A stretch of DNA of 64,000 nucleotides from Ignavibacteriota bacterium (lineage in GTDB: Bacteria > Bacteroidota > Ignavibacteria > UBA10030): the NCBI GenBank assembly GCA_963727825.1, contig CAVSHO010000010.1:160001-224000 (forward strand), written 5' to 3'. The translations under genes and the position numbers were made by a program. The notes beneath the pieces were generated by a model. It searched no databases. It saw nothing but the letters and a program-made list of their open reading frames with translations, and was not told where the DNA came from. This document shows positions 52,801 to 61,666 of the stretch, piece after piece (position 1 is the first letter of the stretch; the number at the start of each line of letters is the position of its first letter).

Positions 52801-53017
52801 CGATCAAAAATGGTTCGAAAATGTTTCTGTCGAAGTGTGGAACTACCAAATCGGCGGGTATCAGGTGATGGAAAAATATCTCAAAGACCGCAAAGGCAGA
52901 CAAATGGAAGATTCAGGACATTACTGCCGGATGGGAACTTCCATTGCCAAGACTATCGAGGTGCAGAAGGAAATCGATAAACTATTCCCGAGAGTTGAGA
53001 AAAAAGTGATAACATAG
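49871..53017 (+). CDS. Single-polypeptide restriction-modification enzyme (Type IIG-like, N6-adenine MTase, Type ISP-like C-terminus, no helicase)
   Basis: N-terminal PD...IEAK nuclease motif, GVYYTP, LDPAGGT, GNPPY, YRPFD, DFPRIP and IGGYQV. Confidence 0.9.
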   Translation: MIETYIKKVASSTAQGDAREESYYGNFSNFLESFAEETGKKRIQITTLPKKTEAGNPDFRVWDGRQQIVGYIEAKKPGENLDLIEDSEQLKRYRATFPNLILTDFYEFRLYRNGELFDKVLLARPFIAKKLKTVPPVEHKEKFITLLEKFFSFSLPKVFTAENLAVELAKRTGFLRDEVVVKELEEAEHGKGKTFGFYTAFKQYLVSDLSPKDFADIYSQTITYGLFAARTRATGEFNRKLAYDLIPKTIGILRDVFRFISLDKLPPQMEVIIDDIAEVLQAADVNKILDEYYRKGKGEDPIVHFYETFLNIYDPGTREKRGVYYTPEPVVKYIVRAIHDLLKTHFHLQDGLANKEVTLLDPAGGTLTFPAEAIKLAVEEYTTKYGDAGKTKLIKNQILKNFYAFELMMAPYAIGHIKISFLLEELGYTMQEDDRFKLYLTNTLDMEDLKQTEIPGLESLSDENHLAGQIKQKEPILVILGNPPYSGHSANKNDWTEKLLKEDIDGATGYYTVDGQPLGEKNPKWLQDDYVKFLRFAQWKIHKAGQGIVGMITNHSYLDNPTFRGMRQSLMNTYNEIYIVDLHGNSLKKETTPDGGKDENVFDIRQGTAIAVFAKIKNTKGCKVYQRDIFGLREEKYDWLEKKPFKKKDYEVLDPIIPWYFLTQSNTEEIEYYNRWWKVNDIFPINSVGIVTARDDFAISFNKEALEGRIRQFRNLKFDLEFLKSAYNLKSSGTWDISNAREELAKDNNYDEHYHKILYRPFDNRLIYYCETIIERMRFDIMQHMLKPNISLCFVRQYSGDSPYSHALVSESMIDNRTFFSSKGIIQQAPLYLYETEKAKKRAALSTMMLFDNVVEYGKAKGKKANIAPKVFEQLEKAYGKVPTPEQILGYCYAVLYSNAYREKFAEFLKIDFPRIPFTKNYDLFKEMSKLGEELIELHLLKHKALNKPILKYFGKGKDDTIVKPRYDEEREYVFINDQKWFENVSVEVWNYQIGGYQVMEKYLKDRKGRQMEDSGHYCRMGTSIAKTIEVQKEIDKLFPRVEKKVIT

Positions 53018-53023
53018 AAATTG

Positions 53024-53083
53024 GACCTCCCCTAAATCCCCTCCTCGTATGAGGAGGGGAAAACGCCGAAGGCGTAGGGGTGG
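53024..53083. repeat. REP-like palindrome upstream of the DUF559 gene
   Basis: GACCTCCCCTAAA-TCCCCTCCTC-gtat-GAGGAGGGGA, followed by ACGCC-GAA-GGCGT. Confidence 0.7.
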
Positions 53084-53094
53084 TGGACAAAACT

Positions 53095-53526
53095 ATGGCT
53101 GAACACTACAATAAACCGATCATGAAACGGCGACGGAAAGTTTTAAGAAGAAATCTCTCCAAAGCTGAAACCATAATATGGAAACATCTCTCGCACCGAC
53201 AGATGCACGGTTGTAAATTTCGCCGCCAATATAGCGTTGACCAATATGTTATAGATTTCTACTGTCCGGAATTCAAAATTGCCATTGAAATCGATGGCGA
53301 TTCACATTTCAAAACAGGTGCGGAAGATTACGATAAAGCAAGGCAGGAATACATCGAATCATTTGGTATACAGTTTCTCCCTGCCTCGCCGGCAGGCGGG
53401 CGTTTTACTAATGAAGATGTATGTAAAAATATAAATGGTGTGTGTCAGAAAATATATGAAAAAATCGAGGTGCGGAAGGAAATCGATAAACTTTTTCCTA
53501 AAGTGGAAAAGAAAGTTATTGGATAG
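53095..53526 (+). CDS. DUF559/Vsr-like PD-(D/E)xK endonuclease domain protein
   Basis: LRRN.S.AE..IW, KFRRQY, YVIDFYC, IEIDGDSH, YD..R and RFTN motifs; ATG at 53095. Confidence 0.88.
   Translation: MAEHYNKPIMKRRRKVLRRNLSKAETIIWKHLSHRQMHGCKFRRQYSVDQYVIDFYCPEFKIAIEIDGDSHFKTGAEDYDKARQEYIESFGIQFLPASPAGGRFTNEDVCKNINGVCQKIYEKIEVRKEIDKLFPKVEKKVIG
53380..53400. repeat. 21-bp family B element in-frame in the DUF559 gene
   Basis: CCTGCCTCGCCGGCAGGCGGG (PASPAGG) splits the GIQFL|RFTN motif. Confidence 0.75.
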
Positions 53527-53552
53527 GATATAGTTTTATCTTTGATCTCAAT

Positions 53553-53665
53553 TTGTCATTTCGAATCCCGACGAAGTCAGCGTGAGAAATCTAATTTAAA
53601 AGAAAGATTTCTTCCCCGATTATCCTTCGACAAGCTCAGGACAAACATCAGGAGAGAAATAACAA
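53553..53665. repeat. Composite GTCATTTCG..GAGAAATCT/AGATTTCT..GAAATAAC element with nested hairpins
   Basis: Terminal TTGTCATTTC/GAAATAACAA, inner AGAAATCT/AGATTTCT, nested TCCTTCGACAAGCTCAGGA. Confidence 0.6.
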
Positions 53666-53718
53666 GAGGGCGGCATTGATTATCACATACATTTACTTTA
53701 AAAGGATATCATTCCAAC

Positions 53719-54219
53719 ATGATTGCAATTCCCTTTGATGTCAATGACGAGAAGCTTCGCAAAAGATTCTTCGATAAACTTTTCGGCGATTGCATTGCTG
53801 GCCTCGCTGAAAATACACAGCCCATCTGGGGCAAAATGGCTCCACAACATATGATCGAACACCTCGTCTGGGCATTTGAATGCTCTTCAGGGATACTCGA
53901 AGTTTCTTGTCACACTCCGGCGAACCTGCTTGAGCGAGCGAAGAGATTTCTCTATAACAACCAGCCAACACCTCAAGATTTCAAGAATCCCTTACTCGGC
54001 GAGACCCCGCCTCCTTTCCGACTCCCCAGCTTTGCTGATGCGAAGGATGCATTACTCAAAGAAGTCGCTCGCTTTGTCAATCATTTCTGGGAACAACCGA
54101 ATGCGATTCACGTTCACCCCATATTCGGTCCGCTCGGTGCGGAGGAATGGCAGCGATCTCAATTCAAGCATTGCTATCACCACTTGCTGCAATTCGGACT
54201 TATCAACCAAATAGTATAG
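53719..54219 (+). CDS. DinB-like/DUF1569 family protein
   Basis: WGKM..QHM.EH, HPIFGPL and H..HHL.QFG motifs. Confidence 0.82.
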   Translation: MIAIPFDVNDEKLRKRFFDKLFGDCIAGLAENTQPIWGKMAPQHMIEHLVWAFECSSGILEVSCHTPANLLERAKRFLYNNQPTPQDFKNPLLGETPPPFRLPSFADAKDALLKEVARFVNHFWEQPNAIHVHPIFGPLGAEEWQRSQFKHCYHHLLQFGLINQIV

Positions 54220-54616
54220 AAAAGCAATCTCTGTGAAACGGAAAGTTTGCATGAGAATATCAAAATAGTAGGTGAAACATGGAATATAAATCCGGAAAAC
54301 AAAAATATTGGTTCGATATACTCGTTGGACAGCACGCATCTGGAGCATTGTAAGTATCGGGCTTGGAACGGAGTGTTCAAAAAAGCAATGATAAGAATAT
54401 ATTACAGAAAGAATTATACGGAAGATTGAAAGAATTATATGAACATTTTTAAAAACCCATCGCTTAACCGACAAACAGACAGCTGCTAAGTAAAGATGGC
54501 AGGTAAAAGAGCTTGGTCGGTAATATTGTTCTTCCTATGTAGAAAGTACGTGAGTATGTTTTTCCATCTTATTATTCAAAACCTAATGATAAGAGTAAAT
54601 TGTCAAGTTCTAAATT

Positions 54617-54633
54617 AGGCATAGAATATGCCT
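54617..54633 (+). promoter_or_regulatory. Possible sigma54 promoter or palindromic site
   Basis: AGGCATAGAATATGCCT has GG-N10-GC spacing, about 60 bp before the pilin-like ATG. Confidence 0.45.
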
Positions 54634-54692
54634 TATAATTAGCGGATTAAGATATATTGAAATTCACACAAGAGTTTATTATATAGACAACA

Positions 54693-55100
54693 ATGGGTCA
54701 ACAACAAATAATAATTTTAGTCCTTGGGACAGTAATTGTTGGAATTGCAATAGCGGTGGGAGTTTTACTGTTTCAATCAAATAATATTTCATCAAATAAA
54801 GATGCGCTTATGGCGGATTTAAATAATGTCTTAGCAGATGCACAAGCATATTATTTAAAGCCATCCTGCCTTGGCGGAGGCAATCGCAGTTTTATAGGAT
54901 ACATTATTCCCAGTAGAATGGTAACAACCGATAATGGCACTATTACGTTCACACAACCCCCAGATGTTAATACTCTTTACTTAACTGCAACTTCTGCCGA
55001 AAATGATGGAGTAATCACAGCTAATGTTGACATCTTTCATGACCACTTAATTGGGGTTACACCAAAGTCCGGAACTGTGTTTGATGACAGCGAAGAATAG
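54693..55100 (+). CDS. Type IV pilin-like protein (MGQQQ N-terminus)
   Basis: MGQQQ followed by a 20-aa hydrophobic helix, amphipathic continuation, YY.KP..LGGG and a small beta-rich head. Confidence 0.7.
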   Translation: MGQQQIIILVLGTVIVGIAIAVGVLLFQSNNISSNKDALMADLNNVLADAQAYYLKPSCLGGGNRSFIGYIIPSRMVTTDNGTITFTQPPDVNTLYLTATSAENDGVITANVDIFHDHLIGVTPKSGTVFDDSEE

Positions 55101-55324
55101 CATCATCGTTTCATCCGCTGACTCTTCCCTACTAATTTCTGTATAAATCGATTTCATAGTACATAAGTTCACTTTTATATCACTTCATTCGTTCCCCTTT
55201 TAATATTTCCGCGTTGTACAATTATTCCACCGTTTTGCTCCCAAGAATTATTTATATTGATATAGTGACACTAAATTACTCTGCATTTTATATAAGAGTA
55301 AAAGTGAGTGTATAACAAACGTCA

Positions 55325-56740
55325 TTGAGGAGGATGATTATTTTAAAAAAGAATCCACATTCTGTGAAAAAATCATTTAAGATTTCTCCCAAAATAATGA
55401 CGCTTATGGAAAGCGCGACGAAGAAATCAAGGAATCCGAAGAAAGAACTACTTTCTTCTTATGCTTCCGGTATTCCTTCCGACTTTGAATTGACGAAGGA
55501 ATTCTCGACTGCGTTTGAGCTAATGGAACATACTGGGAAGCATCTGTATATCACAGGCAACGCCGGTACGGGTAAGTCCACGCTTCTTCATTACTTTAAA
55601 AAACAGACACGCAAGGAAGTCGTCATACTCGCTCCAACGGGGATCGCCGCAGTGAATATCGGCGGCGCAACGATCCATTCCTTTTTCCGCTTCCCCACTC
55701 ACTTCATCACGCAGGACGACATCAAGAAAATACGCGGCAAAGCGGACATGTTCGCAGCCCTTGAAACTCTTATCATCGATGAAGCCTCTATGGTACGAGC
55801 CGATATGATGGATGCGATAGATGCCTCACTCCGGTTAAACCGCAATCGGCCGTATGAACCATTCGGCGGTGTTCAACTGGTTTTGATAGGAGACTTATTC
55901 CAACTACCGCCGGTTATAGAACAGGACCTCGAAGAATATTTCGCTGACAATTACATGACTCCCTATTTCTTCAGCGCGAAGGTGTTCAGCGAAATACATC
56001 TGCATAAGATAGAATTGCAGCGAGTGTTTCGTCAAAGCGACCCGGACTTTATCAGACTTCTGAATAAGGTGCGAAACAACGAACTTGAAATGTCTGACTT
56101 GGAAATAATCAATCAACGATTTCAGCCTTCATGGAAGCTTAACAATCACGATCTCGCAATCACTCTTACCAGTACGAACGCTCGTGCCTCGGCGATCAAC
56201 CTTCAACGGCTCTCTGAGTTACGGACAGAGGAATATTTTTTTGACGCGGTCATCGACGGTGACTTTGATGACAAATCGCACCCTACAGACAAGAGACTCA
56301 GGTTGAGAGAAGGCGCCCAGATTATGATGGTCAAGAATGATCCAAATAAACGATGGGTGAATGGATCGCTGGGTGTTGTGCAGCAGCTTTCGCACGATGC
56401 TATTAAAGTCTCCTTCGGTACTGCAGTGCACACTATTGAACCGACGAACTGGGAAAAATCGATTTACGACTATGATCGTGTGCATCGCAGCCTTGAGTCC
56501 GTGGTCATAGGTTCGTTCCGTCAATACCCGATAAAACTTGCATGGGCAATTACTATCCATAAGAGTCAGGGTAAAACATTCGATAACGTCATCATTGACC
56601 TTGGCTATGGAGCATTCGCACATGGACAATCGTATGTCGCACTTAGCCGTTGCACATCCTACGAGGGCTTGCATCTAAAAGCTCCATTGAAATATTCTGA
56701 TATTATTCTCGACCCTAGAATCCAGGAATTTCATACATAG
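55325..56740 (+). CDS. Pif1/RecD-like SF1B DNA helicase (start uncertain)
   Basis: TGNAGTGKS, APTGIAA, IIDEASM, GDLFQLPPV, AWAITIHKSQG and YVALSR motifs. Confidence 0.92.
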   Translation: MRRMIILKKNPHSVKKSFKISPKIMTLMESATKKSRNPKKELLSSYASGIPSDFELTKEFSTAFELMEHTGKHLYITGNAGTGKSTLLHYFKKQTRKEVVILAPTGIAAVNIGGATIHSFFRFPTHFITQDDIKKIRGKADMFAALETLIIDEASMVRADMMDAIDASLRLNRNRPYEPFGGVQLVLIGDLFQLPPVIEQDLEEYFADNYMTPYFFSAKVFSEIHLHKIELQRVFRQSDPDFIRLLNKVRNNELEMSDLEIINQRFQPSWKLNNHDLAITLTSTNARASAINLQRLSELRTEEYFFDAVIDGDFDDKSHPTDKRLRLREGAQIMMVKNDPNKRWVNGSLGVVQQLSHDAIKVSFGTAVHTIEPTNWEKSIYDYDRVHRSLESVVIGSFRQYPIKLAWAITIHKSQGKTFDNVIIDLGYGAFAHGQSYVALSRCTSYEGLHLKAPLKYSDIILDPRIQEFHT

Positions 56741-56798
56741 CTATAATACATTAATAAGAATCATGACACATACCACGCTAACAAATGTTGAGCGGGAT

Positions 56799-56875
56799 TT
56801 TCGAATTCCCCACGCCCCCCTTCGTTTGAAGATGGGAAGTCCCAATGCAGTTCGATCGGGATCTGGGGTTCAAAA
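56799..56875. repeat. Composite palindromic element
   Basis: Outer GAATTCCCCA/TGGGGTTC enclosing CTTC-gttt-GAAG and GTCCCAAT..ATCGGGAT hairpins. Confidence 0.45.
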
Positions 56876-56971
56876 GCAATAGCAAGAATTTATGATAAAA
56901 AGAATTATACGGGAGAATGATAAAATAATATAGATTTTGATTTTAATAAAATTCCAATTTATTGGGACATT

Positions 56972-57640
56972 ATGAATACCATTATCGATTTTCTTTCTTG
57001 GATCGGCGTCGCACTCGTGACACTTCTATCCATCGTCAATCCCGTCAGTACCGCTGTCCTTCTGCTCAGTATCAGCGCACATCTCAGCGATGAAGAGCGG
57101 AACCGTCAGATCACCCGGGCGTGTATGTATATGACGGCTATTCTGGTCATATTCCTTTTTGCGGGTCACGTAATTATGTTGGCCTTCAGAATTTCCATAC
57201 CGGGTATTCGTATCGCTGGAGGAATGATCATCGGTTATATCGGATTTCGGATGTTATTTCCAGAAAAGGGTTTGCTTTCTCGAGAAGGCAAAGAAGAGGC
57301 ACAACAAAAGCTAGATATTTCATTCAGTCCTCTCGCTATGCCAAGTTTGAGCGGACCCGGTTCCATCGCAGTCGTCATTACGATGTCATCGTCTATCAAC
57401 GGGCAGCATGGTATTAACAAAGTCCTCGCTTTTTCCGGTGTAGTTTTGGCAATCATTATAACTGCAATCGTCTCGTGGCTGGTTCTCCGCGGAGCCGGTG
57501 TTTTACGCCGTTACCTGGGTCTGAATGGAGTCGATGCACTTTCGAAAGTTATGGGGTTTCTACTCGTCTGCATTGGCATTCAATTTATGATCAACGGTGT
57601 TCAAGAGCTGGTGTTAAATATGGGATCTTTGGTTAAGTGA
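56972..57640 (+). CDS. marC: MarC family membrane protein
   Basis: IVNP, RIAGG, PLAMPSLSGPGSI and MGFLLVCIGIQF motifs. Confidence 0.92.
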   Translation: MNTIIDFLSWIGVALVTLLSIVNPVSTAVLLLSISAHLSDEERNRQITRACMYMTAILVIFLFAGHVIMLAFRISIPGIRIAGGMIIGYIGFRMLFPEKGLLSREGKEEAQQKLDISFSPLAMPSLSGPGSIAVVITMSSSINGQHGINKVLAFSGVVLAIIITAIVSWLVLRGAGVLRRYLGLNGVDALSKVMGFLLVCIGIQFMINGVQELVLNMGSLVK

Positions 57641-57681
57641 ATTATGTATCAGTGAAGAATAAACTATAGGATTGAAAACCC

Positions 57682-58612
57682 ATGCTTTACAAGGACTATT
57701 ATAAAGTATTGGGCGTAGCAAAGACTGCAACGCCAGAGGAAATTAAGAAAGCGTACCGAAAACTCGCCCTTAAGTATCATCCTGACAAAACTAAGGGGGA
57801 TAAAGCTGCCGAAGAAAAGTTCAAGGATGTCAACGAGGCAAATGAAGTTCTTAGTGACCCGCAAAAACGAAAAAAGTACCGATCAGTTAGGAGCAGATTG
57901 GAAGCATTATGAAGAAACCGGCGCGCCGCCGGGTGGATTTGATTGGTCAAAGTACACAAGCAATCGGGGCGGGCAAACTCGTACGATGAGTCAAGAAGAG
58001 TTCAACGCAATGTTTAATGAGGATAGCGCCGGAGATTTCTTTGAAACTCTTTTCGGGTTACATCCCGGAGAGAGACGCGGTAGGAGAAACAGGGCGATCA
58101 AAGGAGATGACTTGGAAGCTGAAACAACACTCTTGTTAGAAGAAGCATATCATGGTACGACGAGACTTATTAAAATTAATGATCAGACAATTAGGGTGAC
58201 GATTCATCCGGGTATTGAAGATCAACATGTCCTGAGAGTTCCAGGTAAAGGAGCCACAGGGATGAATGGCGGGGCAAATGGCGACCTCTTCCTCACAGTC
58301 AAAATTACACTACATCCAGATTTTCAGCGCAAGGGAGACGACCTTTATTGCGACTTACCAGTTGAATTATATACCGCTGTGCTTGGGGGAAAAACCAAGA
58401 TTAAAACGATGAAAGGCATTGTCAAAATCGATATCCCTAAAGAAACATCAAACGGTACGGTGCTTAGGCTCATAGGACTTGGAATGCCGATTTATGATAA
58501 GAAGAATGAGTTTGGCAACCTTTATGTAAAAGTTGCGATCCGGTTGCCAGATAAGCTCAGTAAAGAAGAAATTGACTTATTTAAAAAGTTGGCGGCACTA
58601 CAAAGCAAGTAG
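57682..58612 (+). CDS. cbpA: DnaJ-class co-chaperone (CbpA-like, no zinc finger), split by a +1 indel at 57879-57880
   Basis: J domain with HPD; C-domain G.DL, LEEAY.G and GDL. Removing one C joins KRKKY-DQLGADW. Confidence 0.88.
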
Positions 58613-58659
58613 GTCATTCAGCAGCATATACACAAATAGAATTTCAAGAAACTATCAAA

Positions 58660-59196
58660 ATGAATACTTTACTCTTTATCATCATTCTGGCGATTGGCAC
58701 TATTTCAAACATCATCTTTTCATGGTTATTCTCAATTAAAGCCGGTCGCTACCACGGTATATACCGATTCTTTTCGTTTGAAAGCATCCTTATATTGATA
58801 TTATTGTGTGCACCGGTATGGTTCACACATCCATGGGATTGGAACCAATTAATCTCGTGGATAATGCTTTTTGGAGCAATTCCACTCCCTTTTTACGGAT
58901 TCCACGCATTGCGCATAGCAGGAAAGCCAAATGGTCAGATCGAGAATACAACTACATTGGTTACGTCTGGTATTTATCGATATATCCGTCACCCACTATA
59001 TGCATCACTCGTATTCTTGGGCACCGGTATCTTTTTTAAGGATATTACAATAGCAACAACAACTTGCGCTTTTGTGAATCTATGGGCGATGGTAGCGATA
59101 GCTAAAATCGAAGAGCATGAAATGGTCGTGAAGTTTGCCGATGAATATGTTCGCTATATGCAACGAACAAAAATGTTTATTCCCTTTGTCGTCTAA
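58660..59196 (+). CDS. Isoprenylcysteine carboxyl methyltransferase/PEMT-family membrane protein
   Basis: LVTSGIYRYIRHPLY, EE..M..KF..EY..Y and FIP motifs. Confidence 0.88.
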   Translation: MNTLLFIIILAIGTISNIIFSWLFSIKAGRYHGIYRFFSFESILILILLCAPVWFTHPWDWNQLISWIMLFGAIPLPFYGFHALRIAGKPNGQIENTTTLVTSGIYRYIRHPLYASLVFLGTGIFFKDITIATTTCAFVNLWAMVAIAKIEEHEMVVKFADEYVRYMQRTKMFIPFVV

Positions 59197-59280
59197 TCAG
59201 GAACGCGGCGGACAACTCACCTTGCATTTCATAAGTAATTTAGCGTATCTTTTTCTATAAACTTTTTTTCGGGAGCCATT

Positions 59281-60843
59281 ATGCGTCGGTTGCTTTTACT
59301 TCTGCCATTGTTCTATGTAACATTATATGCCCAGGCGATTGATCCAGCATCGAAGACCGGTTATGAATCCATTAATGCCGGCAACCTTAAAGTGAACCTC
59401 ATCGTCCTCACTTCTGATAGTCTGGAAGGGCGTGAGACAACATTCCCTGGGCAAAAGAAAGCAGCAAATTATATCGCAGATATTTTTAAGAACCTGAATC
59501 TTAAAGCCATCGGCGACAATGGAACATTCTTCCAGCATTTTGATGTAGAGGTTTCACGTGTTGATCCAGAAACAAAAATAATAACTGATATTGATGGAGT
59601 GAAGAAGAATTTCACTTGGGGAACAGATTTTATTTCTGAAGGAGCAAAAGACACTACAGTAAGCGGACCTGCTGTATTTGTGGGATTCACAGATACAGAA
59701 TTAGATTCTATTGCTAAAGCGAAACTTGCCGGACGAGTTGTATTTGTTTTCATAGGCAAGAAAAATATTGCCAGTGACACATCTAAGGCAGCAACATTAC
59801 GGCGGTTTTATGCAATTCGCCGCGATGCAGGTGCGGCAGCGGCGTTGATGATTCCAGATATCGAAGGACCGGCTACGTTTCAAAAAGCACAAGAAATGAT
59901 AAGTAGTTTTGGTTCAGATAAAGGAACAATGCGGATGAAAGACAATGGATCTCTAATACGGCAGCAATTTGTCCGATTCCTTGTGTCAACAGAGTTGGCG
60001 GAAGCAGTTTTAAAACCGTCAGGAAAATCGCTACAGCAACTAAAAAAAGAAGCGCTTAAAGATCAGGAGTTTACACCGGTATTCATTGACAATGCAACTG
60101 TTACGATAGTCTCGAAAGCTGTTCACGAAACAAAGCAAACTGAAAACGTTCTTGGTTTTCTGCCGGGAAGCGATCCGGATCTCAAATCGCAAGTCGTAAT
60201 ATTTACTGCACATTATGATCACCTTGGAAAAAATCGTAATGGCGTTTTCTATCCCGGTGCAGATGATGATGGCTCCGGTACTGTTACCGTTCTGGAACTC
60301 GCAAAAGCGTTTTCAGCAAATCCGATAAAACCAAAACGAAGTCTCCTTTTTATGACTGTAACGGGAGAAGAGAAGGGGTTGTACGGCTCGAGTTATTATA
60401 CAAATAACCCAATTATTCCATTAGATAAAACTATGGCTGATTTGAATATGGATATGGTTGGCAGAATTGATACGATTCATGAAGCGAATAAAGACACCAA
60501 TTACATATATGTAATAGGATCCGATAAAATTAGTCTTGAACTCGACAGTCTGCTTCGAATAGCGAACAATGAATCAGAACATCTCGAGCTTGATTATACA
60601 TTCAACGGCGAATACGATCCGGAGCGATTCTATTACAGAAGTGATCATTACAATTTTGCGAAGAATGGCGTACCTATCGTTTTCCTTTTCGATGGCATCC
60701 ACCGCGACTATCATAAGCCATCAGATACAATAGACAAAATTCTCTTTGAAAGAATGGCAAAGATAGGACGATTGATTTACGACCTTGGATGGCGGCTTGC
60801 AAATTTGAATCTTCCATTAACGAAGAAACCCGAACAACAATAG
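59281..60843 (+). CDS. Secreted M28-family peptidase with PA-like insert
   Basis: Signal peptide; AHYDHLG, GADDDGSG, GEEKGL, NMDMVGR, RSDH and YH motifs. Confidence 0.93.
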   Translation: MRRLLLLLPLFYVTLYAQAIDPASKTGYESINAGNLKVNLIVLTSDSLEGRETTFPGQKKAANYIADIFKNLNLKAIGDNGTFFQHFDVEVSRVDPETKIITDIDGVKKNFTWGTDFISEGAKDTTVSGPAVFVGFTDTELDSIAKAKLAGRVVFVFIGKKNIASDTSKAATLRRFYAIRRDAGAAAALMIPDIEGPATFQKAQEMISSFGSDKGTMRMKDNGSLIRQQFVRFLVSTELAEAVLKPSGKSLQQLKKEALKDQEFTPVFIDNATVTIVSKAVHETKQTENVLGFLPGSDPDLKSQVVIFTAHYDHLGKNRNGVFYPGADDDGSGTVTVLELAKAFSANPIKPKRSLLFMTVTGEEKGLYGSSYYTNNPIIPLDKTMADLNMDMVGRIDTIHEANKDTNYIYVIGSDKISLELDSLLRIANNESEHLELDYTFNGEYDPERFYYRSDHYNFAKNGVPIVFLFDGIHRDYHKPSDTIDKILFERMAKIGRLIYDLGWRLANLNLPLTKKPEQQ

Positions 60844-60855
60844 GATTCTGCACGA

Positions 60856-61638
60856 ATGTACACAGAAGAAGAACTCAAACACGGGCTTACTACGCAAGTA
60901 TTTGGACGCAAGTTATTCATCTATGATTCTATCGATTCAACTAATGTTTGTGCTAAAGCATTCGCAAATAAAGGCGCCGAAGAAGGCAGTGTTGTCATAG
61001 CCGATCACCAAACTGCAGGTCACGGACGATTTGGAAGGACATGGCTTGCAGAATCAGGCAGCAATTTGTTGTTCTCCGTCATAATTCGGCCAACTTTCAG
61101 TACAGACAAGATCGGATTACTTCCCATTTTCGCCGCCACTGGTATAGCCCTTGCCGTTGAAACAGTCACTGGTACGCGATGCGAATGCAAATGGCCGAAT
61201 GACATTTTGTTAAAAGGAAAAAAATGCTGCGGCATCCTTACAGAGAGTACTTCACAGCAAAACAGACTTGATTGCGCTATAATTGGTATTGGATTAAATG
61301 TGAACCAGAAGAACTTTTTGGGTGATCTTAATAACAAAGCAACATCGCTTTACAGCGAATGCGGTAGAATGTTTGACCGAAAAAATGTGTTCTGTCAAAT
61401 CATGGCTTCATTAGAAGCACTTTATGCAGATGTAAGTAAGGGAGATTTCACAACTGTGTTGATGGAATGGAAAGCACGCGCAACAATATTTGGCAGAAGA
61501 ATAACTCTTACTCAAGCCGCTGAAATTATTGACGGAATCGCAATCAATCTTGCAGCCGATGGAGGATTGGTTGTGGAAACTGAAACATGCCAACGTACTT
61601 TTCATGCCGGTGATGTGACCATTGCGAAACAACAATGA
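60856..61638 (+). CDS. birA: Biotin--protein ligase (no N-terminal HTH)
   Basis: DSTN, QTAGHGRFGRTW, KWPND, GILTE and GIGLN motifs. Confidence 0.95.
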   Translation: MYTEEELKHGLTTQVFGRKLFIYDSIDSTNVCAKAFANKGAEEGSVVIADHQTAGHGRFGRTWLAESGSNLLFSVIIRPTFSTDKIGLLPIFAATGIALAVETVTGTRCECKWPNDILLKGKKCCGILTESTSQQNRLDCAIIGIGLNVNQKNFLGDLNNKATSLYSECGRMFDRKNVFCQIMASLEALYADVSKGDFTTVLMEWKARATIFGRRITLTQAAEIIDGIAINLAADGGLVVETETCQRTFHAGDVTIAKQQ

Positions 61639-61666
61639 GCGATATGCATTAACATTAAAAAGTGTA

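Noticed and set aside
54247-54429. 60-aa ORF after the DinB-like gene
   Set aside because: No convincing start or motifs; it overlaps the AT-rich repeat.
48261-59196. Prophage, IS element or integron as the explanation for the accessory stretch
   Set aside because: No integrase, transposase or phage genes, and the spacer palindromes are heterogeneous rather than attC-like.
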